Source: Perkinsus chesapeaki ATCC PRA-425
Taxonomy: Eukaryota > Protista > Perkinsozoa
Direction of reading: 5' to 3'
NCBI GenBank assembly: GCA_013115145.1
Contig: JAAPAO010000030.1
Span: 58,870-122,869 of the forward strand
Length of the DNA: 64,000 bases
The stretch's first letter is position 1. The number at the start of each line of letters is the position of its first letter. The position numbers were made by a program, and so were the translations under genes. Shown here in pieces: positions 12,667 to 25,164 of the stretch. The notes under the pieces are model-generated. The model ran no database searches. It was not told where the DNA came from and saw nothing but the letters and a program-made list of their open reading frames with translations.

Positions 12667-15471
12667 ATGGAAGATATCAACGGTAGCAGCAGCAGCAGTG
12701 GTAGTATTAGGGAGGATGAGGTATCTCATCTGTATGTGTTCACGGCCCATAAAGGGGGGATGGATAATGTAGATAAGAAACTTCAATTGCAGGTTATAGA
12801 GGAGATGAGCAAGAATAGTAGTAAAGTGTGGGGGGTATAGGGTGGAGAGGGGTGGTTATAGGCTCGCACCATGAAGCAGCTATTAGAAGGGATAAGAAAG
12901 TTAATGAAAGAATAGAGGTCATTAAGTCTGTTGTGGCGGCGATGACGGGTCAGGAAAGGCAACAAAGGGAGGCGGAGGCTCAAAGGTAGTAGTTAAAGGG
13001 ATGGAGGCGGATAGGGGCTCTGTTGTAGCATAATAGCCAATGCAAGGAAGCATTGTGCTTGTGATTCTGAGAGATGGTGCTGTGTGGTGGACATGGATAT
13101 GTTTTATGCAGCTGTAGAGATCAGAGATGATCCAAAACTAAGAGGTCAGCAGCCACACCACAGCAAGGCTTTATTAACTCGGCGGTGGGCTTCAGATGTT
13201 CCTTTGGCGGTTGGGGGAGAGTCTATGATATCCACGGCTAACTATGTGGCAAGGAAGTGACCCTTGGTGGCCTTCGGTGATTCATCCCTAATAGCAGGTA
13301 TGGCGTTAGAGCGGCTATGCCTGGCTTCATTGCACGCGAGCTGTGTAAACGGCAGGGAGTGGAGCTGAAGTCAGTGAAAGGAGCGCTTGCCAGTTGGCGA
13401 TAGATGGTCAAGTATAGCAGGTTCAAGCCGGTTGACATGCCACGATACCAAGCAGCTAGTGCTTTGTTTAAAGATGCTGTATCGATCTATGGACCTATGA
13501 GAATGCTATCACTTGATGAGGTGCACTACTGGGGATTTAACGACTTGTGGGCTCATTTGACCGGGGTTAAAAGCAGTTACTTTGGTTGACGTTTTAACCA
13601 GTGTGAAAAGTTCCAACACTGGGGAAGTTTTCCGTTTCTAACGCAGGAAAACCGGCGCTTTTACGCTTCTCTCGAAACGATGTGCACTATTTTGGTGATG
13701 TCTGGCAGTATGTGTTTTTGGATAACAGGGTTAGAGTATGGGGCCTCATATCACCATAATTTACCAAGAGAATGTCTTTGTCTATGGTCGAGTGACAGTG
13801 AAATATGTTCAGGCTTATATCGATATAACAGGCAGTGTTAGGGAGCTAGCAGTGGAGAGTGACAAGGCTGAGGAGGCTGCTGCTGGGGAATTGGTAGTCA
13901 TCCCGCAGTCTTATGGGTTAGGATTGGATAGGTTATGCGAATGAGGAGGGAGGTATATGAGAAGACCAATGGGCTCACCTGCAGCGCTGGTATAGCTAAA
14001 GGCTGCTTTAGGCTTGCTAAGATGGGATCGGATGTTAATAAGCCTGATGGGCAGTTTATGGTGCCAACACAGCCTCATGAGATGCTACAGTGGTTACAGG
14101 GGATGCCTATTAGGAAGGTAGGCTGCTGCAGTAGTAGTAAGGGCAGGGGGTTAACTATAATACACTTGTTGGGTAGCTACATGGTGTTGGAAAGGTTAGT
14201 GAAAGGCAGCTGAGTGCGGGGCTGGGGATTGATAAAGTGGGAGATGTTATTACTAAGGCACCGGAGCTACTGTGTGCTATGTCAAGCAATGGTGGACATT
14301 GGGTACGTCATGATATTTCACGCGCCACGAAATTGTTCTTGTTCTGTAGCTGATCAGTGCTGCTATGGGAGTGGCAGACTCGGAGGATGTCATTGGTGCT
14401 GTTGATGCTGGCCCGAAATCTATAAGCCAGGAGCGTAGGGCGGGGTGAGGCGCGCGACGGTGCTGTGGGCACCATCTCAAAGTGGGGGATTGAAATGTCC
14501 TTAACCATCACTATAGTACTCATTGCTGGGCGTAAAGCTTCCCATGTCTTGTGCAACTGTGTCTATATTTATCTCTTAGCCAACGTATGTAGAGGGGCTG
14601 TAGGAGTTGGTTCGGGGTAGGTTCGCTGTCGACAAGGGAGGCTGGGTCATCGGCTTATCTTCATGAGGTCCTTCAAGAGCTATGTGTGAAGGTTATACAG
14701 TTGTGTCAAGAAAAGGGACAGTTCGGGCGATGTGTCACAGTTAAATTAAAGACCTTTGAATGGGATGTAAAGCAGAAGTCAAACACTTTGAAGAAGGAGG
14801 TAGTTGGTGAGGGAGGAGGCATCATCCGAAGGGGGGGTCAGGCTTCTAACAATTGACGGAAATATGGTAGGTCACATATGGCTTGGATATAGCTGAGTAG
14901 GGCTACATCTGACCATTGATGTGATCTCAATATCACCAATTGGTATCATATGTCGATGCGTGCTCGTCACACTGACAGGTTAAATTGCCGTTGTAAGGTG
15001 CGTACGGAGAGGCTTCTGTATGAGACAGCCAGTGAGCTGATGGGGGCGGCATTGGTACCGTGCAAGAAGCCAATACGGTTGCTGGGAGTGAAGGTCTCAT
15101 CATTTAATGCTGTTCCTCAAGGACAAAGTACGGCATCAGCCCATCTCCCATGCCTCAGTGCGCCATGACAGCTCCTAGGTACCCTGGTAGCCTTCCTGGC
15201 AGCACATCCACCCAGTGCACTATCAAGCCAGACCGTCGAGGGACCTGGAGGTGTGTGGAGCTGCTCAGTATGCACCTTCCTCAACAAACCTAGTGATGAT
15301 GCCTGTGAGATGTGCGGCATCTTCCGAGGCAAAAGGCCACGGGAGGCCCAGCAGCCAAGTAGGGACCCGAAGGCAAAGAAGGCGAATACAGGGGGAATAG
15401 AGAAGTACCTTACCAAGGCTAAGTCTGGGACCAGTGGGGCTCACGGAATCATTGATCTTACTGAAGATTGA
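12667..15471 (+). CDS. POLK: DNA polymerase kappa (Y-family, DinB)
   Basis: N-clasp-like [24 protein letters not shown]; catalytic [26 protein letters not shown]|[28 protein letters not shown]; C-terminal zinc finger. Confidence 0.92.
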
Positions 15472-15659
15472 GCTACTGTGGTACGACGTCGGACGACGTC
15501 GGCAATGTCATGGCGAGGGAGCAGGGAAGGTGTTGGTGGTGTTGAGGGAGTAATTAGCAAACCCGTTGAGGGCCACTGAGTGCAGGTTTTAATATTGCCA
15601 TCAGATGGTTTTGCGTTGACAGTGGGAAGGTCGGTGCACTCTGTGCTTCCCGTTGCACT

Positions 15660-16490
15660 ATGTTTGGCGATGGTAGCTCCTCCACAGCGGCGGAGCCTCT
15701 CACAGCCAACTCTGCTTCGCAGCAGCCCCAACCGCAAAGGGATGACATTATAGAGGAGACCCTAGGAGGAGCAGGCTTCGCTCCGCCTACTGCCGAGGCA
15801 ATCATTACTGATGCCTTGCCGAGCTCTACAGGCCTTGTTATTTCAGGCTCGAAGGGGCGTGTGGGACTCTAGTGGAGCTGTAGGGTTTGGTGCGCCACCT
15901 CCTCGGGCATATAGAAGAGCAGCTGACCTTGGTGATGATGACGATGATGATGGTATACCAGTGATACCAGATCTAGACGATGAGCAGGAGGAGGACCTTA
16001 CACGGTAAGAGCCATGCTGGGGAGCTTGTTATGAGGGATAGGCAGGCAAGTAGCAGCACCACCTACCGGTTACGTCTTGGAGCTCCGAGGGCAACGAGAG
16101 CTTGAGGAGGCAGCTGGAGAGCAGAGTAGAGCGGAAGGTTGGTGGCAGGGATGGTAGGCCCTTCAGAGTCGACGAGTGGCCTACGCGGTGGGGGCCGTAT
16201 CAATCCTCATCCTGAGGCAGGGATAGACTTGTCGATACTACTCAGTAACCTACTAACACCAGCAGAGGTTGAGGTGACGTAAAGGGTGGGGGGAGGAGGA
16301 GTCCTAATTGAGGCCTTTAGGAGTCAGATGTGGTTTGGGACCATGACGTCCTACTGCAGCAGCTAGCATCAGAGCTCACTGCAGCTGCTGAGCAGCAGCA
16401 GCAGCAGAAGGAAGGTAGGCTGATTAATCTTGCCAGGGATTTATCTACCCTCCTCGGGAGTCGGAGAGGAAGGCGAGTATATGGTATAAG
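15660..16490 (+). CDS. IFT43: Intraflagellar transport protein 43 (IFT-A); 3' end uncertain
   Basis: DGIPVIPDLDDEQEEDLTR|QVAAPP, DLSILLSNLLTPAEVE and VVWDHDVLLQQLASEL match the conserved IFT43 blocks (IPIIPDLE..QEED...QVAAPP; DLKLL; WDWD). Confidence 0.8.
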
Positions 16491-16745
16491 CTCATACGGG
16501 GTTATACATGTTCATGGCGCGAAATGAACACCAGAGTTGTCCTCCTGTTCGGTGGGTGCTGCGGTCCTAGTATGACTCTAGGTGCTCAATCGAGGCCGCA
16601 GCAGCAGCAGCGAGGGCCGGGGGAATCATCGTGATGACGTGACCAGATCTTTGCTGCATGTACCTTTTACTGTTACACTGGGATGTTGAGTTGCAGAACT
16701 ATGTCGAAAGATACGCTGGGAAAATCTTACGGGTGCGCAGTGCTG

Positions 16746-18104
16746 ATGTCATCATCACCACTCGCCACAGGTGGCCACAGCCAGCAGCCAGCATCTGGCC
16801 CCCCGACAGAGGCAGCGGCAGCCGAGGCCTTCGATGCCCCGGTGGAGTCTAATAGGCAGCGGAAACGAAATAAAAGACGGGAACAGAAGAAGGAGAAGTG
16901 GCAGTAGGTCGGCGAGGGCCTCTCTCCCAGCTATCTATCTGTCCTAGGCGAAACAAGCGGAAGAAGAGCAGCATTGAAGATGGTGACTCTACTCCAGCTG
17001 CTGCTACCGGTGGTGAGGCGTCGGATAACACATTGAGTGCAAGTGGGTGTAAGAATCCATTACGAAGAGAAAGGAATGGTATGATGAGAGCTGACACCGA
17101 AGCAAGGGCACTGATGAGCCCAATGGTGAGTAGTTGCTGATGGATACCAAATAACGAAGCTTGCTGTTTACTAAAACCAAAGATAGCGGTGTGGATCACT
17201 TGTTGCTGTTGTCATCGATTCTGGGTGTTTGGCAGTCAGAGTCATGGTCCATGGTGTGAATAATGATATCCTAATCCTTTATGTTGCCCCCATCCTCCTG
17301 TCCCCATGCTTAGGTTCTATTCGATTGCGAGTTCCGAGCCCAAATGCACACCCGTGAGACTATATCTCTGGCTCAACAGCTCATGTTTTGCTATGGCGCC
17401 AATAAGAAGTGTGCTTGGCCCCTTCGATTGGTGACAGCTTGCCCTGAGGACGGTGACATGCATCAGGTAGGCCTACCCGGCTCTCCCTGCCTTGCACTGC
17501 CCCTCTTCAGCACTTGCGAAAAAACAGCGGCCTGGCCAACTGGGTGTGCTTCACCTTGGACCACCGACCGCTGCAGAGCATCTGTGCTTCGGCTCCCGGG
17601 AGGTTCGTTTACCTTACAGCAGACTCCGATGAAGTGATGTGGTCCTTTGAGCCCAATTGTGTCTATATAATAGGAGGATTGGTCGATAAGAATCGGCATA
17701 AGAACATTACCAAGGAGAAGGCTGATGAACTTGGCCTGAGGACCGCTCGATTGCCACTGGGGGAAGTAGTGGACATGGGGGAGCATTCAAAGGTAAGGGA
17801 GATGCACCCCACCTCGCCGGTCACCTTACTCAGGTGCTTACAGTGAACCATGTCTTAGAGATTATGGCTCAGCTATGGCAGAGGCAACATAGCAAGGTAA
17901 AGGCTGCTCGAAGGTGACGGTGAACCTTTGTGCTGCTCTCAGAAGTCCGTTACAGAGGATGACTGGCGGGAGGTTTGCCTGGAGTGTCTGCCAGGCCGGA
18001 AGGTTGAGCCTACCGGCTCTACCAGCAGTGAGCCTGGTAGCTCGGGACCAGAGACCAAGCGACACAAGACAGCAGCAGACAGTCAGCCTTCGGCACCACT
18101 CTAG
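16746..18104 (+). CDS. TRM10: tRNA (guanine-9/adenine-9 N1)-methyltransferase TRM10 (SPOUT)
   Basis: SLAQQLMFCYGANKK, VYLTADSDE, VYIIGGLVDKNRHK, RTARLPL, VLTVNHVLEI. Confidence 0.9.
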
Positions 18105-18201
18105 CCTTGTTACACTTACCAACTATCGACGTTCCACTTTACTGCCGCTTCCATTGGATCAAAGGATGTGTTTTGGTTCCAGTGATGCTTTAGTGTAGAC
18201 G

Positions 18202-19994
18202 ATGATGACAGTGTGTGCCCCGAGTGTGATGAGCGATCGTCGTCCAGAGGCAGAAGGTGGCTCACCATTGAAAAGGCCAAGAGCTGATTCTGGAGGAGCG
18301 GTGGCCAAGAAACACATAAAGGGTGGGCCGGCAGCAGATCAGGTCCAGCAAGGCCATCATTATCATAGCAAGAACAAGATGGCCCGTGCAGTGGGTAGGC
18401 AGATCTATGGCCCTACTGATCAGCTCTGGTGATATCTTTTGTAGGAGCTGTCAATGAGGAATGTACCGTGTTCATGTCGGGGCTACCCTTTACCACTAAG
18501 GAGGCTGATATAGAGAATGCTCTCAATGAGGGGTCGGCGGAGGCATACCAGCAGCAGCAGCCGCAGCAGCCATCATCATCCACTACAGCAGGAGATGCAG
18601 CTAGTAGCAGCACCCTCCCCGGGTAAGCCATTTTTCGAGTAGCCTTTATTATGCCGTTATTGTGTGCAGGGACAGTGCCCCGTTGAAGCCCACGTCTATA
18701 AGACTTGTCAGAGACAGGAACGGTCACTTAAAGGGGTTTGCCTATGTCGACTTTGCCTCCCACAGTCAGGCTCAGAGGGCTGCTGACCTGCTCGATAAGA
18801 GGACAGTTCATGGCAATAAGATATTCGCCAGGATATCTCGTCCGACTAAGCCACTGTAAGACTGCCGATATTCCTCTCACCACTGGACTCTTGTTCATTT
18901 CCAGCTTTGAGCCCACAACACTGGTCATGGCGCCCATAATGGAGGAGGGCTCAAGCAAGGACGAAGCCACACTGGACGCTTCTAGGATCCTGGCGGCCCT
19001 CCACGCTGCTGGGTGCCCAGGGGAGAGTGTTACCTACCCTAGGAATCCTGAGGCACACCTTTGCTATGTAAGCAGTGGGTGGTCGTGGATCAACTGTGGT
19101 CTGTCGTAAATCTGCACGATCCGCTTGTGAAATAGCCATTCCCAGTACCGAACACATGATCGAATCATCAGTGGGACTTATAAGGATGAAAGAGGAGATC
19201 AATCATTATAATATTATTGTCATTATAGCACATAAGGATAGTACTCTTCCCTATCGTTATTACGACCGTGCATGCTGCTTTGTGGTATCGTAGGTCCATT
19301 TTGAAAAGCCAGAGGAGGCGGATAAATGTCTAGCATTGGAGACTCTGCCATTGGAGGGCGGTGATGATGGTTTGGTGTTGAGGATAGATAGAAGCATTCC
19401 TAAGAAGGGCCCCAACATGGGAGCCAAGGCCCCACAGCCCAAAGATAAGAAGGCCTTGCTGGACTATAAGACATCAGGCAAACGAGAGCGGACGTTGTTC
19501 ATACAGAACTTGGCTTTTGAAACAGAGTAAGTTGCGGCTTTGGACTTGGCGGTCTGATGTTTTGTATGGCAGCGAGAATACGTTGGAGAGCTTCGTGAAG
19601 TGGTCGATGGCCGAGCAAGGATTGGTGACTGGCTGTCATATAGTATGCAACAAACGAGGCAAATCTAGAGGCTTTGGCTACCTTGAGCTGGCCACTAAGG
19701 AGGCGGCCGATAAGGTGTCCGACACCATCAATGGTTGTGAGCTCAATGGTCGAGCGATAAAGGTACCAAGCCTCCTGTCTAAGGAGTCAGCCAAATCTAT
19801 GTGGTCAGGTCTCTCCAAGCGATCGTCCAATCACCAGTAAGGTGCACCCGATGGACGGTGTTGAGGCTCAGCCAGCTCCGGCTTCTGTGGCGGCCCCTGC
19901 TGCTGCTGCTGTCGTTGATAAGAAAGAGGAGCCACCAAAGGCTATGATGACCAACTCGGATTTTAGAGCATGGCTCTTAGGAGGGTCAAGTTAA
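18202..19994 (+). CDS. PRP24: PRP24/SART3-like U4/U6 recycling factor (several RRMs plus C-terminal LSm-interaction motif)
   Basis: RRMs VFMSGLPF...KGFAYVDF and LFIQNLAF...RGFGYLEL, with a degenerate middle RRM. The C-terminus MTNSDFRAWLL matches the Prp24/SART3 SNxDF motif. Confidence 0.75.
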
Positions 19995-20064
19995 ATGTTA
20001 ATCTTTACCAACTGTTGTCGAGTTGAGCACCCTACCTTTATGACAGTATTACTGCTTGCTGACT

Positions 20065-22330
20065 ATGTCCTCACCAGTGTTGTCCTGCATCGACACCCAA
20101 ACGGTGCGAACAGGTGTCCTCTGGTCAGTAGCTTGGCGGCCAGCCTCACCAGAATGCCCTATGTTAGCAGTCTGTGGGCAAGGGCCAGAGTTACGGTTGT
20201 ATGTTCTTGAGGAGGAGAAAGAAGAAGAGGAGGATTCACAAAAGGTACCTAAGCTCCTCGTTTGGTGGCCGCCACGCCAGAGGCATATTAGGTGACCTCC
20301 TCTACATTAAAGTTGGTGAAGACTATTACCACCAATCACACACGAACGTTGCGGCGAGTTAATTGGCTACAAGACGGGTAGGAAGGCCCCACTAGCCCTG
20401 CTGAGGGGGGACCATTGGACCACGGCTCATGCTCCTCCTCCTCGTATTCGTATTGCCGTGGGCTCCACCTAGCTGCTGCTGCTGCTATGTGACAGTATAG
20501 CATACTGAGTCGAATATATGATAAAGCCTGGACAGTTCTACATGCCTCTCCCGCGTGTTCATCCTTTCTTCCGTACATATTGGTGGCTTACTCTCAGGAA
20601 GACCTTAGTTATCGCCTCCTTCGACGCATCAGTGTCCCTGTGGGCCGTGGAGGGTTCAGACCCTGACTCCCTATTAGTGCGCCACAGAGCTACTATACAG
20701 GTAATCAACCCTTGTGGCTGATTCATCCCATCTTGTTTCAGGGACATGAAAACGAAGTTAAAAATGCATGTTTTTCACCCAGTGGGAGGTAGCAAATCGA
20801 AGGCTACCGAAAGTCGGACGTGACAAGTCAGATACCTGGCAACATGCAGTCGGGACAAGACCATCTGGGTCTGGGAGGAGTGCGAGGTGTTGCCAGATCG
20901 ACAAGTTGACGATGATGGTGGGCTCCTCCTACTGCTGCTTTCGGTGGTGTGCAGGCCTACTTGTCAGAGGACACCCCAGTAGAAGGACAAGAGATTGATT
21001 TCGAATGCGTTGGCATATTACAGGGCCACAGCCAGGATGTGAAGTCGGTGGCATGGCACCCATGTGATGACAACGTCCTCTTCAGTGCGAGCTACGATGA
21101 CACAATACGGGTAGGTGTCGGGTGAACAGTGATCTCTGTACCCCGAGCCAGGTATGGTCTCGGTCACCTGATGGTGGTGATGATGATTGGCATTGCATTC
21201 AGACTTTAAAGGGAAATGACAGTAAGCTGCTGCTTATTCAAACCACTTCCTTCATCCCTTGTTCGTTGCTTCGTGCTGCCGTCAGCATTGATGGCGGTCA
21301 GCTGTGTGTGTGTTGGAATGATACACGATTATACCAACATGTGATGAGTTGAACATGATGATGATGATGATCAATGCCGCCTATCATATCACTCCATTCA
21401 ATGTATCTGCCGTATCCCTTCTATTCAGCTACCGTCTGGGCCCTCAGCCTTATCGACGCTGGAGTTCAACCGTTGATGATATCTGTAGCAGGAGATGGAG
21501 CTATCAAGGCATGGTTGCAACAAGCAAAGCAGTCCGAGCTCGATAGGCCCTTGGAGGTGGGTTGGGTGGGTGGGTTTTTTTATCTACCCGAAATTTCGGA
21601 GTAACTACGAGATTCGACTGCGTACGGAGCTAAGGATCTCTCGACTTCAAAAAATGTACTTTCTACATGGATTCGGAGGGGGAGCTGTCTCTTATTCCCA
21701 CCCATCCGGGCAGTACTGTTGTTGCTGTTCAGCTTCCCCATGGTACCTTGGGATTGACCAATTGGTACACTTCCCCTGCATTCAGTGGATACACCAGAAC
21801 CACCGCAGTGCGAGTAGAGGCCGACCGAGATACGTGGGAGTGTGTCGGTAGGATGGCTGGCTCGTCTCCTAAAGGTCGCTGTTAGTCTCTGCCGATAGAT
21901 ACTATTCGTGTTGGTAACGGTCTGCCAGTATTCGACGTCGATACTGTTTTGGATGCCACCGATGGCACCATTATAGCAGCCACGGCTGGAGGGTAGGCAA
22001 TGTGCCACTACAGAGGGGGGAGTGATGCTTCATGTCAGCGACAACTCAGTACGGATATTTGCCTACACGCTCTCGAGCACTGGTGGCCATATGTCCGCCA
22101 ACCACGAGGAGATTGCCGACTCAGCAAAGTTGCTGGGGCGAAGGCAGACCCACACCAGCGATGTCAATAGCGTACGAACAGATGGCTAATCGGCTCGTTG
22201 ATTCCGGCTATCCCTTCAGGCTGCATTCCTCCCAGATAGGCGGCCGGATGGGTCCTGGCTGCTGGCGAGCGTTGGTGATGATGAGACTGTGAAGCTGTGG
22301 AAGGTTAATCGTCCGCTAGATCTCATCTGA
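20065..22330 (+). CDS. CIAO1: Cytosolic Fe-S assembly WD40 protein CIA1/CIAO1
   Basis: [82 protein letters not shown]. Confidence 0.88.
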
Positions 22331-22460
22331 TAGGGCATAACCGTTTTACTGTGTAACGATTGCTTTATACTAGAAGGGCAGCGGCAGCAGCCTTGTGTTT
22401 CTCAAACCCTCAGTTGTCTTGCGTTGTTATCTGCCACCGAGTACCCCGATTCAGGGGAGC

Positions 22461-24413
22461 ATGACTTCAAACCCGACAGAGACCACTGGTGGGGGGCTAC
22501 CCGTACCGCTGAGACAAGAGCTCCAATTAGACGATAAATTCAACCTATCACGAGTACGGATGGCATCAGTGGTCCTATGCTCATACGCCTCACTGATTAG
22601 GTATGTAGCTCCTACAATGGGCACGATAATGAAGCATATAAAGTAAAGTATTGGTCTGACTTGGTGGCAGCTGTCCTGCAGTATGAAGGAGGCGTTGCTA
22701 CGACATGTGAAGAGATACGGAAGGTGAGCCACAGCTTCGCCATTGATGCTCGACGATGAGTCACAGTGGTGGGCACGATACGTGAATCCTCGACAAGCAC
22801 TGCTGCCCAGCCTGCCTACCATCTTATCAGTATCCGACGATTTGAGGACTGATTCCCAAACTAGTAGAGACTATGCAGCACTGTGGGCGTTGGACACTTC
22901 AGATGGAGAAGCTGCCGTGAAGTGAGAAACATGAAGCGCGTTCATTACAACCCTTGTCGGAGGCGCCTGTTATCTCTTCAGCTCCGGATTCGTGTCGAGG
23001 ATAGCAAACATGGCTTTAGGCCTGGTGTGGGGGACCACTTCCTCAACCGATCCTCTGAAGAGTGAGGCGATGGTAGATAGCTTATTCGTTCCTATTTGTC
23101 TTTTACAGATGTAGCAGATGATACGATAGTGTTCTCAACAAAGCAGCTGACGAATCTAGCAGGCCGTGTCTTGCGGAGGAGCTCCTCGTACGAGAATTCT
23201 GTCCTGACGCTCCAAGAGTTCGACCGGCTTGTGGATGAAGAGCTCGCCGCTAGTAGGCCACGCCAACCTAAGATTCGCTCCAACGTACATCGCAGTGTCC
23301 TACCGGCGGCCTGAGTTCGGTTTGAGCGTTACTGCCACCGGCAAGACTAGGGAGGCGGTGTTGGCATGTATGGCATCTTTGAACAAGGCGTCGGTTTTCT
23401 GTGAGGCTGTCGGCACCGAGTCGGGTATGCTTCGCGGAGTTAAGGTGATGGCCATGTTGATGACAGGTCATTAAAGATGGATCATTTCTTCAGGTTGGTA
23501 GTTCAACAGCAGCAACACCGGCAGAGAAGGCCAATCTGGTTCATAGGATTGCCATGGAGAGGATAGATTCAATGGAGGTGGGCATGAGAGGACATCTTGA
23601 GCGGTAAAGCCACTCTCAGGAGTCCCTTACAACAGCATGGTCCAAGGCGGACAGTCGGGCCCGGGACCATTTGCGTGCTGGTAAGGCCATGGGGTTATCA
23701 ATGTCACAACAACGGTGTTATCTTACAGGCCGCAAACCTCTAGCGTTGCAAGCTTTGAAAGAACGGTCCATCGTTCAGGGTCGCCTGGATGAGATCGGCA
23801 AGTATCGGTTGCAGCTTCAGAGCAGCAGTCAGCAGCTCCCCACTGCCATCACTGCTCGCAAGTCGTTCTTTCAGGTGGCATGACCGCCACCGCGGAGATA
23901 CAGAGCATCGTGGTGGACGCGCTCTCAGCTAGCACACAGATGGCCAAGGAACAGAAGGTCAGCATGGAGCAGGTGGACAGGCTCGCCGAAGATATCCAGG
24001 AGGTCCAAGACGAGATAGATGTGAGGCTAACAGACAGCGCATCGCGGAGATCTCTGATAGATGGTTTCGGATGCGATGGCCGCGATGACTCTGAATACGG
24101 GGCAGCCGACGGAGGAAGACCCAGAACTTCAAGCCGAGCTGGAGAGGATCATGAAGGAACAGGAAGATATCGAGGCGGTGGAGAGGAAGGCTCAGGTGAG
24201 AAAGTCTCATGCGCTCTATAGTATGCTACTGAACTTGATATTATTAATAGACATTCAAGCCAGGATATTTCCGAACAGGTCACCTCGGCACCTGCACCTC
24301 CGACGGGTATTATCGGCGAGAAGGCCCAGCATGAGGCAGTCAGCGACACCAAAGCAGACAGCACTGCGAACTCTCCTTCACGTCAACTTGCAATGGCCGA
24401 GCAACCTGTATAG
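22461..24413 (+). CDS. CHMP7: CHMP7-like ESCRT-III protein (N-terminal winged-helix region plus Snf7 domain)
   Basis: N-terminal RMASVVL...KYWSDLVAAVL; Snf7-like helices ALQALKERSIVQGRL, IVVDALSAST...SMEQVDRLAEDIQEVQDEID, EDPELQAELERI. Confidence 0.7.
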
Positions 24414-24527
24414 TGTTATTTACTGTGGCTTCCTTCGTGGTGGTTTGCTTGAGTTCAATTGTACCTTCGTATAGAAGGTGTTGTCTACGTTGGTGCTTAG
24501 CATTACTGCTCTCTGTAGAGCAGTCCA

Positions 24528-24937
24528 TGGGTTGCGGGGCCAGCACAACGAAGGGTGCAGTGAGGAGCCGTTCCCAGCAAGTCTTTCATCCATCGCGCCA
24601 ATCTCGAGGAGAACTAGTGAACTCACAGTCATCACATACCATACAACCGCCCCAACAAGAGCAGCCGCCCGATGAGCCCGAACCAACTGATGAGGTAAGA
24701 TAGTTGAAAAGATTTGGATGCTGCCGATCTGTTTCTGATGCTTTGAAGGAAGTGGCGCCCCTCCCCCTGAATTGTAGCATCAGCCCGACTGAGGATTTGC
24801 TGAGGTGCACTACGGAAAGCAGCCCTCACCAACGACGGAGAGACACCACATCGTTAGACGGCCGGCATGGCAAAGTAGAGTTACGGTGCTTAGGCCACCA
24901 AACGACGTACGACAACAGCAGCAGCCGGCAGAAGTGA
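24528..24937 (+). CDS. Small hydrophilic protein with an MGCGAS dual-acylation motif (2 exons)
   Basis: ATG at 24528 gives MGCGASTTKG. A GT-AG intron at about 24696-24749 joins to EVAPLPLNC...SSRQK*. Confidence 0.5.
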
Positions 24938-25164
24938 AACCTCCTATTGAGGTAACGCTATGTCGACTGCTCCTCAAACAGGCGTAGGATATCCGCCACC
25001 TTTGGGCCCATTGACAGCTTCGTTGACAGTTACTGTACCATTGAAGGAGGAACATGAGTAGTGGTATGCTACATGTTTTGTTTCCTTTAATTGTTATTGT
25101 GTACGTGAGTATTAACTATTATAACACAAGATATCCGAAAGGAATGGATGATAATATCAATATA

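Noticed and set aside
13529-13681. hAT-type MITE (8-bp TSD) or box C/D snoRNA
   Set aside because: There are no terminal inverted repeats and no RUGAUGA/CUGA pair, so it is reported only as an unexplained structured insert.
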